A stretch of 64,000 bases of DNA, taken from an uncultured Bacilli bacterium. Its GTDB lineage: Bacteria > Bacillota_I > Bacilli_A > RFN20 > CAG-288. Position numbers and translations under genes: made by a program. Within the stretch, counting starts at the first letter, position 1; every line of letters begins with the position of its first letter. Positions 38,096-47,990 of this stretch are shown piece after piece. The DNA lies in NCBI GenBank assembly GCA_963544395.1, contig CAUUFA010000001.1, positions 66,626 to 130,625 on the forward strand. The letters run 5' to 3'. Under the pieces are notes generated by a model. That model ran no database searches. It worked only from the letters and a program-made list of their open reading frames with translations, and had not been told where the DNA came from.

Positions 38096-38992
38096 TTATT
38101 CCTTTCTTTCGTGACGATTCAGAAATGCTATGACTTTTGCTTCATATGCTTTGTGCTCTTCGACATAACTCATATGTCGGGAATTAGCAAATAACACCCA
38201 TTCCTTCTCACTCTGAAGGGCTTCGAACATCCTCTTGTTCTGCAGCGGTGTCGATTCATCGTTGGCTCCGGAAAGAAGCAGAACCGGACAGGAGATCTTT
38301 TTCAGCTTTTCGGTGTACTCATAATCTTTGAGAGTGCCAGAAGGAGAGTATTCACTCTCTCCCCACGCACAGATATACGACTCCGTGCCGATTTTCTTTT
38401 CTCGGGTAAGACAGGAAGGATCATCCTTGCCCCAAGGACCGCCGATGAAAAGATGCGCATAGTGACGGTTAGCAATCTCAGCTTCCAAAGAGGAGAAATC
38501 CTGTGTCTCTTCCGCTTTGCGGATGGCTTCCTGCTCTTCCGAAGGCAGGAATTTCACCAGCCGGTGGGTCTCCTCACGCCAAAGGGAAACGCTGGATAAT
38601 GTAGAAGAAAGAACGACATCGACAACACCTTCCGGATTCTCATCGCAAAGATAGATGATGGCGAGCATTCCGCCCCAGGAATGTCCAAGAAGATGCACTT
38701 CTTTCAGTTGTAGCGCCTGACGGAGGTTGATCAGCTCATCCACCCAGGTCTTGGCTTTCCATAAAGCAGGATGAGGATCATCTAACGAAGAAAGTCCACA
38801 GCCGATCTGATCATAGGAGATGATCGGCCGATCATCCTCAAGAGCCATATCGTCAAGCACCTCATAGGAGTTGTGTGTCGAGCCGGGACCGCCGTGAAGC
38901 ACCAAAAGAGGAGTCTTCCTGCCATTTGGGTTGGCGATGCGGTAATACGTTCTGTATCCCTGGAAAGAGACATACCCTTCTTTGATTTCCAT
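38096..38992 (-). CDS. proline iminopeptidase-family alpha/beta hydrolase
   Basis: HGGPGSTH oxyanion motif, nucleophile elbow GHSWGG. Start at ATG 38992 behind AAGGAAA. Confidence 0.8.
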   Translation of the reverse strand: MEIKEGYVSFQGYRTYYRIANPNGRKTPLLVLHGGPGSTHNSYEVLDDMALEDDRPIISYDQIGCGLSSLDDPHPALWKAKTWVDELINLRQALQLKEVHLLGHSWGGMLAIIYLCDENPEGVVDVVLSSTLSSVSLWREETHRLVKFLPSEEQEAIRKAEETQDFSSLEAEIANRHYAHLFIGGPWGKDDPSCLTREKKIGTESYICAWGESEYSPSGTLKDYEYTEKLKKISCPVLLLSGANDESTPLQNKRMFEALQSEKEWVLFANSRHMSYVEEHKAYEAKVIAFLNRHERKE

Positions 38993-39096
38993 GCTGTTTT
39001 TCCTTAGGCTTTCATTGTAACATAGGAGGCAAAACACGATATGAAAAAAGCGAAGGTTTTCGCTTCGCTTTGATGTCGTTGTTCAACAGATGAGAA

Positions 39097-40650
39097 TCAG
39101 CTTCTTGCCTTCTGCTTTTTTCTCTTTGCAGCAAGGATTGCCGTCCCATCATAGCGCCTTTTTTCCCGCCCCGATAGAACGATATAATGTGTCTTTTTCT
39201 TCCGCTCAGGAAGAGGGGTGAGAATCTTCGTCGCCTGAGGATTGCGCTTAGCAATCTTCCAGCAGGGATTGGATAGCACGCCGATGACATTGCACAAACC
39301 GTAGACGGTTACAAAGATCGGAGAGAGGAGAATGCCTTTCCACAGACCTTTGAGTTTCCAGTCTAAGCCAAGTTTCCTCCGATCGAGAAAGAAGGCGAGC
39401 CAAGACTGAACGATGCATAGAACACAGAAGAGAAGAATCGTCTCCCAAGCCATCATCAGCAGATCGAAGACAGCCGCCTGGCCGAGGTAAGAGAGCTGTG
39501 TCGCCTGAGGAAGAGAACGGAAAAGAGCATCCGGCCAGTAGCTGAAGTTCAATCCGTACATATCGGCATAATGATTCGTGATCTGAACCGCTGAGAAATA
39601 ACCTTGGAAGATGGGAACACCGGCGCCTTGAATCAGCATCAGGATCGCATAAACAGAGTAATAAAGTGGGAACCAAAGGAAGCAGATGACCGAGACCGGA
39701 TAAAAGCTGATCTGCAGCAGCAGATCAAGATACATCGGATTCCCGGTCTTCCAGAATTTGACGATCATCCTCCACCCATCTGTGAAGAAGAGCTTGGTAA
39801 AAGCGTTCCCGAGGCGGGTCAGACGGCGGAAGGTATCGTTAAAAGAAGAAGGCTGATCCTCATAAACGATCGCATCGGTGTTGAAATAAATCTTATATCC
39901 GTCATAAAGCCGCTTGAAGGAAAACTCGACATCCTCGATGGCGGACATGCAATCCCAACCTCCGATCGACTCTGCGACGTCGCGGGTGAAAGTGAGTCCA
40001 GGACCGGATCCAGTCGTCGCTCCATTTAAGAACTGACGGAAATTATTCTGGCACCGCACATCTTTGATGGTGAACAAGGCAGATTGTTCCGTCCAGATGT
40101 TCTGCCGAAGATTGGTGGATGCCTCATAGGCGCGTAAGATCTTTGCCCCTCCGCAGATAGCGTTGTTCATCTGCTTGAGGAAATCCCGGCTAGGAATATT
40201 GTCGGCATCAAAGCGAACAAAGACCTCACTGTCATGATCCATCTTCAGTACTTCCTGAATCAAGTAACGAAGCGGATAAGAGACCCGTTGATGGGAAGGA
40301 TCAAAATCGTCATAGACAAAGACAGTGGCCCCGGCTCTTCTAGCTTCCTCCGCTGTTTTGTCAGTGCAGTTAGAAGCGCAGACATAGATGCGGTATTTAT
40401 CCTTAGGATAATCCAGATCCTGAACGAGATACTTCACCATGTTGTAGATACAGGCTTCCTCATTCTTGGCACAGATGATGATCGCCATCTTCTTATATTC
40501 CTTGCTCTCTTTCCAATGCTTCCGAGGGAACCAGAAAAAGAGATAATAAAACAACTGAGGAACGAAGCCGGCGAAAACAAAAACAACAGCGACCACGTTG
40601 ATCCAATACAGGATGTAAAAGATCCAATCTGCAGCATTCATTGCGGCCAT
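39097..40650 (-). CDS. membrane-embedded family-2 glycosyltransferase (synthase-like)
   Basis: N-terminal TM, GT2 core (IIICAKNEE, DAD in RFDADNIP, EDVEFS), and four or more C-terminal TM helices. Confidence 0.8.
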   Translation of the reverse strand: MAAMNAADWIFYILYWINVVAVVFVFAGFVPQLFYYLFFWFPRKHWKESKEYKKMAIIICAKNEEACIYNMVKYLVQDLDYPKDKYRIYVCASNCTDKTAEEARRAGATVFVYDDFDPSHQRVSYPLRYLIQEVLKMDHDSEVFVRFDADNIPSRDFLKQMNNAICGGAKILRAYEASTNLRQNIWTEQSALFTIKDVRCQNNFRQFLNGATTGSGPGLTFTRDVAESIGGWDCMSAIEDVEFSFKRLYDGYKIYFNTDAIVYEDQPSSFNDTFRRLTRLGNAFTKLFFTDGWRMIVKFWKTGNPMYLDLLLQISFYPVSVICFLWFPLYYSVYAILMLIQGAGVPIFQGYFSAVQITNHYADMYGLNFSYWPDALFRSLPQATQLSYLGQAAVFDLLMMAWETILLFCVLCIVQSWLAFFLDRRKLGLDWKLKGLWKGILLSPIFVTVYGLCNVIGVLSNPCWKIAKRNPQATKILTPLPERKKKTHYIVLSGREKRRYDGTAILAAKRKKQKARS

Positions 40651-40678
40651 AAATTCATGTTCCTCAATTCATTTCCGA

Positions 40679-41482
40679 TCATTGATGTTTCGGAATATCG
40701 ATCGTATCTACCATCCGAAGGTTGTGCCTGCGGATAAACTCGACCGCTTCAAAGTCAGCGGAATCATCCGAGAGCTGCTCCGGTGCATGAGCATCCTGAC
40801 CTAAGATGCACTTCGCTCCGGAACGCCCGACCATCTCGAAGAAAGGATCGGTCGGATAAATCCATCGTCTCGACTTTCCGATCGTCTTCAGCCCGTTGCG
40901 GATGCCGGCGACATTGACTTCCAAAGGAACATCATAAACCAAACAGGCTTCGATCAGAGAACGGGTCACTTTCTTGCAATCGGAATCAAAGTTTTCAATG
41001 CTCGCCATGAAGTAATCCGGGTGAGCGAAAATCGCATACATCCCACTCGAAATCGCAGAGATGGCAAGGTCACGATAAAGGTAAAGCTGAGAAGCTGAGG
41101 TGATATGAGAAAACCTCGCATAAACATCGTGATCGTCGCTCATCGCCTTATGATTGCCTAAGATCATATAGTCCAAAACGCCATTGGTAAGAAGCTCTTT
41201 GAAGAAAGGATAGTAGCAAGGAAAAGCTTCCGATTCCATGCCGAGATAAATGGCGATTCGGTCCGCATACTTCTTTTTCAGCGCGCAGATCGAATCGCGG
41301 TAGTCCTCAAACAAAGAATAATCTCCGCGGATGAAAGGCTCACTGAAACCAGGCAGCATCGCATGGTCGGAAAACCCTAAATAGCGGTATCCTCTCCCGA
41401 GAGCCTCTAAGACATAATCTTCATCTTCGCCGGTAGCATGGCCGCACCGTTTCGTATGCGTATGATAGTTTGCAATAAACAT
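40679..41482 (-). CDS. PHP-family phosphoesterase (HisJ-type histidinol phosphatase-like)
   Basis: YHTHTKRCGHA N-terminal metal motif, FSDH, HPD, GQDAH motifs. Confidence 0.8.
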   Translation of the reverse strand: MFIANYHTHTKRCGHATGEDEDYVLEALGRGYRYLGFSDHAMLPGFSEPFIRGDYSLFEDYRDSICALKKKYADRIAIYLGMESEAFPCYYPFFKELLTNGVLDYMILGNHKAMSDDHDVYARFSHITSASQLYLYRDLAISAISSGMYAIFAHPDYFMASIENFDSDCKKVTRSLIEACLVYDVPLEVNVAGIRNGLKTIGKSRRWIYPTDPFFEMVGRSGAKCILGQDAHAPEQLSDDSADFEAVEFIRRHNLRMVDTIDIPKHQ

Positions 41483-41528
41483 ATATAGATGAGCAATATT
41501 CTATAAGAATTCTGCTCGATTAGCAAAT

Positions 41529-41951
41529 TCAATCTGACCTATCCAAGAGAGATATCCCTTGCTTAGCGCACCAGCGTTCCACCAGCTCTGAAAAGGCATT
41601 CTCCCGATAGACAGAGTACCTCTGCCATAGGTCGAGACGATGAAGCTCTTTCCGGAACAGCTTGGCAGCATCTTTTCCCTGAAGAATATCGTTGAGTTTT
41701 GTCTTAGCATGTTCGTTTTGCACATGAAGGACAAAGTTCTGCATCAGAGAATATTCGTTGACATCTTCGGCTTTCGGAAGTTCAACAAAATCATCATCAA
41801 GGTCCGAAATCGTCGGATAGGCGGAATCCGGATTTTCGTTTTTTCCCTGAAAGAAAGACTCCAAACTCTGGTTCTTCCGATCATAGAAAGAACAATCGCC
41901 ATACGTGCTGAATCGAATTCTCTCTAGAATTTCATCATATGAGACTGACAT
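41529..41951 (-). CDS. hypothetical protein (possibly UPF0158 family)
   Basis: 140 aa. C-terminal pattern FRKELHRLDLWQRY...WCAKQGI is reminiscent of UPF0158 (tentative). Confidence 0.4.
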   Translation of the reverse strand: MSVSYDEILERIRFSTYGDCSFYDRKNQSLESFFQGKNENPDSAYPTISDLDDDFVELPKAEDVNEYSLMQNFVLHVQNEHAKTKLNDILQGKDAAKLFRKELHRLDLWQRYSVYRENAFSELVERWCAKQGISLLDRSD

Positions 41952-42112
41952 AGAAAAGATCGTTCTGAATCTGCCCTCTGTTTTTTCTTGATATCCATTC
42001 GGATCATCAGAAGAAGCAGAAGATCAGACCGCCGATAGTATACCATCCGGATCAGGAAGCCTCTCAGCACAATCAGAGTCATTTCAAAGACAGGCACAAA
42101 GACTTCTTCTGT

Positions 42113-42640
42113 TTAGAGATCAATCCAATATCTCTGTTTCATTTTGCCATCCGAGCCGAGGCGTTCATCTTCCAGAACGCCGCCGTTCCGAACAATGGAT
42201 TTTACAGATCCGATGTTGTCCCTGTCACACACCATAAGCACTCGGCTGATGCCTAATCTTCGGCATTCGATCATGGCTAAGTGAACCAGCTCTGTCGCAT
42301 AGCCTTTCCTTCTTTCGCTAGGTCGGATGCCATCTCCGATGTGCCCCGCGTCTTTCAAAAGCGCATCGTTAAGATAATGACGGATGTCGACCGCACCTAA
42401 AAGCCTATCCTTTTCCTCATCCAGCAAAAAGAAAACGGAATTCGGCACCAGACCAGGTTTAGGAGCATTCAGTTCCAACTCATCGAGATACCGAGGAAAA
42501 TCATGGTAGTCATTCCGAAAGATTGCCCAAGGAGAACGATTCGTGTGATGAAGCTCTTGATCGAGCTTCCATTCATCGATCATCTCTTCGAGTTGCTTCT
42601 GATATTTTCCACTCAGCTTGATCAATCTCAGCATGTTCAT
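42113..42640 (-). CDS. GNAT family N-acetyltransferase
   Basis: Acetyl-CoA motif RPSERRKGYATELV and typical length. TAGGAGG RBS. Confidence 0.8.
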   Translation of the reverse strand: MNMLRLIKLSGKYQKQLEEMIDEWKLDQELHHTNRSPWAIFRNDYHDFPRYLDELELNAPKPGLVPNSVFFLLDEEKDRLLGAVDIRHYLNDALLKDAGHIGDGIRPSERRKGYATELVHLAMIECRRLGISRVLMVCDRDNIGSVKSIVRNGGVLEDERLGSDGKMKQRYWIDL

Positions 42641-42848
42641 CCTCCTAGCACTACCAAACAGCTGACATCATCTTCCTGTAGTTTCTCAGCAAAAACAGGT
42701 TGCCATTCACAGATGACAAGGAAACCATCTCAGCCCGCAGATTGTTAGCTATACATTGTACTCTCCACCGAATCAAAACCAGAGGAAAAAAATGATGGAT
42801 ATTATGAATTTCCTTTCTTAGTGAAACGTCTTACCACAGTTCAGACAT

Positions 42849-44384
42849 TTATTCCAACTCAATCGTTGACGGAGGTTTGGAGGTGAAGTCATAGGCGACA
42901 CGATTGACGCCCTTCACCTCGTTGACGATGCGATCAACAACCGTTGTCAGCAGATCGTAAGGAAGGGGATAGGGTTTAGCCGTCATAAAATCATCGGTCT
43001 GAACTGCACGGAGGATGACAGCATAATCATACGTTCTGCTATCTCCCATCACGCCGACGCTCCTCATGTTGCTGAGAGCAGCGAAATACTGAGAGATGCT
43101 GTGATTGAGACCTGCCTTCTGAATCTCCTCGCGGAATATCGCATCGGCTTCCTGAACGATCCTGACCTTCTCTGGTGTAACTTCCCCGATGATGCGGATG
43201 CCGAGACCAGGTCCTGGGAAAGGCTGCCGAGAAACGATGGATTCAGGAAGTCCGAGCTTTCTTCCGACCTCCCTGACTTCATCCTTAAAAAGCATCTGCA
43301 GCGGCTCGACTAAGCCTTTGAATTCGATATTCTTGGGAAGTCCGCCGACGTTGTGGTGGGACTTGATGGTAGCAGAAACACCTAAGCCTGATTCAATACG
43401 ATCTGGATAAATCGTTCCCTGAGCAAGGAAATCGATGCCTTTGATCTTGTGAGACTCCCGCTGGAACGCTTTGATGAAGGTTGCACCGATCGTCTTTCTC
43501 TTCTGCTCCGGATCGGTGATTCCTTTGAGTTTTTCGTAAAACTCTGCAGATGCATCCACCGGAATGAAGTTAAGGTCAAACGTGGCAGAATCGCCAAAGA
43601 CCTTAGAAACTTCCTTTGCTTCGTTCTTTCTCAGCAAGCCATGATCCACAAAGACGCAGTACAGATTTTTGCCGATGGCTTTGGAAATCAGCGCCGCGGT
43701 GACAGCGGAATCGACACCTCCGCTTAGCCCGCAGAGCGCTTTGCCATCTCCGACCTGCCTTCTGATTTCCTGAACCTTCTCTTCGATGAAGGAGGACATC
43801 TCCCACGTTGCTGAACAACCGCAGATATCAAGGACAAAGTTTTGGATCATCTTCTGTCCTTCCAAAGAATGCCTCACTTCCGGATGGAACTGAACCGCGT
43901 AGATGTGATCTGCTTCGCTCTCAAAGGAGGCGATCGGACAGTGCTTGGTTGAACCCGTCACTGCAAAACCTTCCGGAAGAACAGAGACGCGATCTGTATG
44001 CGACATAAATACTTCGGTGAGAGGATTCACTCCCGAGAAGAGACGAGAAGAGGCCTTCACCTCCACTTCCGTTTTTCCGTATTCAGACACATCGGCGTGT
44101 CTGACTTCTCCGGAGAGCTCATAAGCGATGAGCTGAGCACCATAGCAGATGCCTAAGATCGGCTTTCCTAAGGAGAAAATTTTCTTGTCGATGTGAGGGG
44201 ATTCCTTCTCGTAGACAGAATTCGGCCCTCCGGTGAAGATGATTCCCCGGATCTCCGGATCAGCGAGTGCCTCAACAGGTGTGGTGTAGGGGATGACTTC
44301 CGAATAGACATGACATTGACGGACACGGCGGGCGATGAGCTGATTGTACTGACCTCCGAAATCAATCACGACAATCTTTTCCAT
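42849..44384 (-). CDS. guaA: GMP synthase (glutamine-hydrolysing)
   Basis: GATase ICYGAQL, ATP-PPase SGGVDSAV, C-terminal KPPSTIELE. Confidence 0.95.
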   Translation of the reverse strand: MEKIVVIDFGGQYNQLIARRVRQCHVYSEVIPYTTPVEALADPEIRGIIFTGGPNSVYEKESPHIDKKIFSLGKPILGICYGAQLIAYELSGEVRHADVSEYGKTEVEVKASSRLFSGVNPLTEVFMSHTDRVSVLPEGFAVTGSTKHCPIASFESEADHIYAVQFHPEVRHSLEGQKMIQNFVLDICGCSATWEMSSFIEEKVQEIRRQVGDGKALCGLSGGVDSAVTAALISKAIGKNLYCVFVDHGLLRKNEAKEVSKVFGDSATFDLNFIPVDASAEFYEKLKGITDPEQKRKTIGATFIKAFQRESHKIKGIDFLAQGTIYPDRIESGLGVSATIKSHHNVGGLPKNIEFKGLVEPLQMLFKDEVREVGRKLGLPESIVSRQPFPGPGLGIRIIGEVTPEKVRIVQEADAIFREEIQKAGLNHSISQYFAALSNMRSVGVMGDSRTYDYAVILRAVQTDDFMTAKPYPLPYDLLTTVVDRIVNEVKGVNRVAYDFTSKPPSTIELE

Positions 44385-44450
44385 TTGTTTTCACCTCACG
44401 AGTGAAATTATACAATGAAAGCTGAGCGGTTTCATCCGAAAAAACCAGCT

Positions 44451-44466
44451 TTTGTTCATGAACAAA
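44451..44466. promoter_or_regulatory. 16-bp perfect palindrome, candidate operator
   Basis: TTTGTTCATGAACAAA in the 101-nt divergent region, 4 nt upstream of a TATAAT (44471-44476). Confidence 0.4.
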
Positions 44467-44485
44467 GTGATATAATGAAGCCAAT

Positions 44486-45229
44486 ATGGAGCATCAGCAA
44501 TATAGGGATGTGCTCTGTAACCTTCAGAGCGAGGATCAGATTCTCTTCCGTTTCGGCGGTGACATCGTCACTAACCGATTTGACAAAGAAGAGACCTCTC
44601 TTCTTGATCCGGTATCGATCGATACCGCCCTCTCGTATCGTCTTTTTTCTTGGATCAACAACGTCGTGCTCTGTAAAGGGAAAGGAAAGGAAGCCTGTAA
44701 AAAAGGCGAAGAGAGTTTTCGCACTCTGTTTTCTTCCCTAACGATTTGCGAAGAGGCAGAGCGGGAAAAAGCAAATGACGTGTTCGCTTCGTTCCTCAAT
44801 GACACAAATCCTATCACCATAAAGGACCTTCTCTATGCTTTCTCACCTCTCGCTTTGGCTTCGATGATTCAGGGTCATCCGGAGGAAGAAAAAGAATACC
44901 GGAGAGCGTTGAAAAAGAATGAGGATGTCATCTTCAACCAGGCGACGATGTTCGTCCGCTCCGTCTTCCATGCCTTCCTCACGCTTCCCAACATCATTCC
45001 AGGCGATATCGAGCAGGATTTCGGCGATCTCTCCAATGGGTTATTCGCCTATCGGGATACTCTCATCGTCCCCACCTCTTACAACGCTTACACTTTGAAA
45101 GGCTTCCGCCAGATCGCACTCGATGGTCTCAATCGGCTGAGCGCCTCTTTCCCATCGGAAACTCTGCATTCCGTCATGGTCCTTTATCTTGCCAAAGACC
45201 TATTGGCTGAATACCGTTTTAAAGACTGA
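44486..45229 (+). CDS. hypothetical protein
   Basis: 247-aa ORF with no recognisable motif. TATAAT 9 nt upstream of the ATG and no SD. Confidence 0.5.
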   Translation: MEHQQYRDVLCNLQSEDQILFRFGGDIVTNRFDKEETSLLDPVSIDTALSYRLFSWINNVVLCKGKGKEACKKGEESFRTLFSSLTICEEAEREKANDVFASFLNDTNPITIKDLLYAFSPLALASMIQGHPEEEKEYRRALKKNEDVIFNQATMFVRSVFHAFLTLPNIIPGDIEQDFGDLSNGLFAYRDTLIVPTSYNAYTLKGFRQIALDGLNRLSASFPSETLHSVMVLYLAKDLLAEYRFKD

Positions 45230-45317
45230 AAAAGCGTCATCTCTCTGTCATTCCGGCAGAAATATGGCTCCATTTGTGTTTGATAGATTTTCAATACGAA
45301 AAGCGTATTTTTTGCTC

Positions 45318-46496
45318 TTACTTTTTGTCGTCGCCATCCTGATGTGGAACGGATTGGCTCAGGTCGACGACATTGCCGATCGGATCCTCTTGTGGCGGCT
45401 GTGGTTGTTCTGATGCAGAATAATCCGTATCGTTTGTCGTACTGAAGGGATCCTCCTGACGATAATCAGATTCTTTCGGAGCTGGGATGAAGGAACCCCG
45501 GATGGCGCTCTCTTCTCCGTGAACATAATTCGGATTGATGTAGGTCTGATAGACGGAGACCTGCATCGGTTTCGGCAAGAGGGAACGGATATAATCCTGA
45601 CTCTCCTCCATGATGATGGCATCGTGCATCAAACAGAAGTAGTTGAGGAAGAGACCGACGAAAACCGAGGCGGAAGGACCGATTAAAGTCAAAGGGAAGA
45701 CCAGATAGAAATTGTCGGTCCTGACCATGCTCATGCCGTAAACTGCTCCGGCATAGATCACCGTAAAGGCAAGATAATAAGGCCAGTTCTGCTTTAAGGA
45801 CTTCAATAGGCGGTAGCCTTGATACAGCCTTCCGAAGCTTCCTTTAGACAAGGTTCTTGCCTGACCGGCCGTCACATTCTTATCGATGTCCGGAAGGACG
45901 ATGGTCGAAAGGTAATGGCTGTCGAGATTGGTGTTGACGGAATAGAACAGTGCATAGAAGATCGGGAAAAAGAGGACGATGCCGACAAACGCCGTGAAGA
46001 GACGGGAAAGAAGAGGCATGGTCTCGGTCACCTTCGTCATCAGATCAGAGGACGTGATGGCGGTTGACGAAAAAGCATCAAGGAAGGTTTTATACGCCTC
46101 CTGCACGCCGTAGGCATTGGCTAGCGGCAAGGACAAAGGAGAGAAGATCATATAGAAGAGCAGGATCAAGGCGAGAGTCGAAAAGACTGTCCCAAGCATG
46201 CCGAAGACACCGGACATGCTGCCGGAGAAAAACGCCTTGTAACCATCACCATAGGAAAAATCCGGATCTCCGATCCCGCTGACATCATATTTCATCCGAT
46301 AGAGGACGGTGTAGAACATCGGCAGGATCAGATAGATCAGAATCAGAGAGACGAAAAACACGTTGAACGAAAAGACAAGAAGAGCGGATAAGGCAAGACT
46401 AGGCGGTAATAGTAGCAAAAGGTTCATCCTGAGACGAGAAGTCAGGCAACGCTTCCTCCGCTCTTTGAACCTCCGCTGAAATTCGTTTTTATCCAT
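45318..46496 (-). CDS. hypothetical polytopic membrane protein with disordered acidic C-terminus
   Basis: 392 aa, six or more TM helices, C-terminal Pro/Gln/Asp-rich tail. Confidence 0.6.
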   Translation of the reverse strand: MDKNEFQRRFKERRKRCLTSRLRMNLLLLLPPSLALSALLVFSFNVFFVSLILIYLILPMFYTVLYRMKYDVSGIGDPDFSYGDGYKAFFSGSMSGVFGMLGTVFSTLALILLFYMIFSPLSLPLANAYGVQEAYKTFLDAFSSTAITSSDLMTKVTETMPLLSRLFTAFVGIVLFFPIFYALFYSVNTNLDSHYLSTIVLPDIDKNVTAGQARTLSKGSFGRLYQGYRLLKSLKQNWPYYLAFTVIYAGAVYGMSMVRTDNFYLVFPLTLIGPSASVFVGLFLNYFCLMHDAIIMEESQDYIRSLLPKPMQVSVYQTYINPNYVHGEESAIRGSFIPAPKESDYRQEDPFSTTNDTDYSASEQPQPPQEDPIGNVVDLSQSVPHQDGDDKK

Positions 46497-46602
46497 AGAT
46501 ATTGCTTCCTTCGGTTATCTTATAACACAAAAGAGGTGGGTTTTGTCCCAGATTTGCTTTTTTCTTCCTTCCCTTAGCAAAGAAAGGTCTTTCCTGAAAG
46601 GT

Positions 46603-47274
46603 TCAGGCCGCTTTTCCTCTCTGTTGCTGAGCTTGCTTTTCCAAGGCTTCCTTGATGCTTTCTGAGCGGCTTTTGATGGTGTTTAGCATCGACTGAGTCA
46701 TCTCATGGGGAATCGGTGTGACATCGTCCTTCTCCGCCTTTCGGATTGTGGGAATCAGCTCGGAAAGAGAGATGAACCAGCTGTTTTTATCCATCTTCCG
46801 CAGCGATTCCGGAACGACGAGGGAATTGTTGTAAACGACGACAGAGACGATCATCTTGTCGCCTTGATTGACCTGAAGCAGCTTCTCGAAGCGGGTGATC
46901 CTCTCTGCGCTATAGGGGATCGGATTATGGATCTGCTGTGCCTGTCCGCTCGGTTTTCGGACAAAGATGTTCGGATCGTTGATGTTGCCGTAGAGTCCTC
47001 CGCGCAACGCAAAATCCGTGATGATATAGATGTACTTGTCTGCAAAGAGGAGGTGATCAAACCGCGTGGGAGAGGTGTAGTCTCCATCTAAAAACAGATC
47101 GATGTTGTTCAGAAGCAGATGGTCATTTTCATCCGCATAACCAAAGAGAGCCTTGTAGACTCTTTTGGGATGAGACTTGATTTCCTGAAACGAGAGGACA
47201 AGATCCGTGATCAGGAAAGCCAGAGTCAGAGCAAGCAGAATACTGACGACGATGAGAACAACGAGTCCGGTCAT
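46603..47274 (-). CDS. membrane-anchored NERD domain protein
   Basis: N-terminal TM. FDHLLFADKYIYIITDFALRGGLYG matches the NERD core pattern. Start taken at ATG 47274 (TAA-T-ATG junction with deoD). Confidence 0.6.
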   Translation of the reverse strand: MTGLVVLIVVSILLALTLAFLITDLVLSFQEIKSHPKRVYKALFGYADENDHLLLNNIDLFLDGDYTSPTRFDHLLFADKYIYIITDFALRGGLYGNINDPNIFVRKPSGQAQQIHNPIPYSAERITRFEKLLQVNQGDKMIVSVVVYNNSLVVPESLRKMDKNSWFISLSELIPTIRKAEKDDVTPIPHEMTQSMLNTIKSRSESIKEALEKQAQQQRGKAA

Positions 47275-47275
47275 A

Positions 47276-47974
47276 TTACTCTTTGATGCATTCGAGAGCG
47301 ACATCCATCATATGCGTGAAGGAGTTCTGTCTCTCCTGAGCGGTCGTCTCCAGATGCTCGATCATCGAATCGGAAATCGTCATGATGCCTAAAGCCTCTT
47401 TTCCGGCTTCCGCGGCGACAGAATAAAGACCATACGCTTCCATCTCACAGGCCAGAACGCCCATCTTCGCATAAGGTTCCCAGACTTCGTTGTAGAAGTT
47501 GTCGCTGGACATGACCTGTCCGACCTGATAGCGATAACCGAATCTCTCCGAGGCTTCCACCGCTTCCTTAAGCACATCGTAAGAGGCGACAGCCGAGAAC
47601 TGGCCCGGGAGCTGATACTGCATCGCCCAGTTGGAATTGGTGCAGGCACCAGAGGCGATGACTAAGTCGAAGAGCTTCAGATCTTTCTGGATCGAGCCGG
47701 CAGAGCCGATGCGGATGATCCTCTCGACATCATAGTGGTGATAAAGCTCATAGGCATAGATACCGATAGAAGGAATGCCCATGCCAGAACCCATGACAGA
47801 GACTCTCTTCCCTTTGTAGGTTCCCGTGTATCCGAGCATATTCCGAATGGTGTTGACCTCGCGGACATCGCTGAGATAGTGCTCGGCGATGAACTTCGCT
47901 CTCAGGGGATCTCCCGGCATCAGAACCGTCTTGGCAAAATCGCCCTTCTTCGCTTCATTGTGTGGTGTAGACAT
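47276..47974 (-). CDS. deoD: purine nucleoside phosphorylase, DeoD type
   Basis: MSTPHNEAKKGDFAKTVLMPGDPLRAK...GMGIPS...CEMEAY motifs. AAAGGAGGA RBS before ATG 47974. Confidence 0.9.
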   Translation of the reverse strand: MSTPHNEAKKGDFAKTVLMPGDPLRAKFIAEHYLSDVREVNTIRNMLGYTGTYKGKRVSVMGSGMGIPSIGIYAYELYHHYDVERIIRIGSAGSIQKDLKLFDLVIASGACTNSNWAMQYQLPGQFSAVASYDVLKEAVEASERFGYRYQVGQVMSSDNFYNEVWEPYAKMGVLACEMEAYGLYSVAAEAGKEALGIMTISDSMIEHLETTAQERQNSFTHMMDVALECIKE

Positions 47975-47990
47975 TTCATTTCCTCCTTTG

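Noticed and set aside
44385-44485. Purine/guanine riboswitch upstream of guaA (and of purB at 29591-29629).
   Set aside because: The leaders are far too short (about 20-40 nt after the -10) and lack the conserved purine-aptamer loops.
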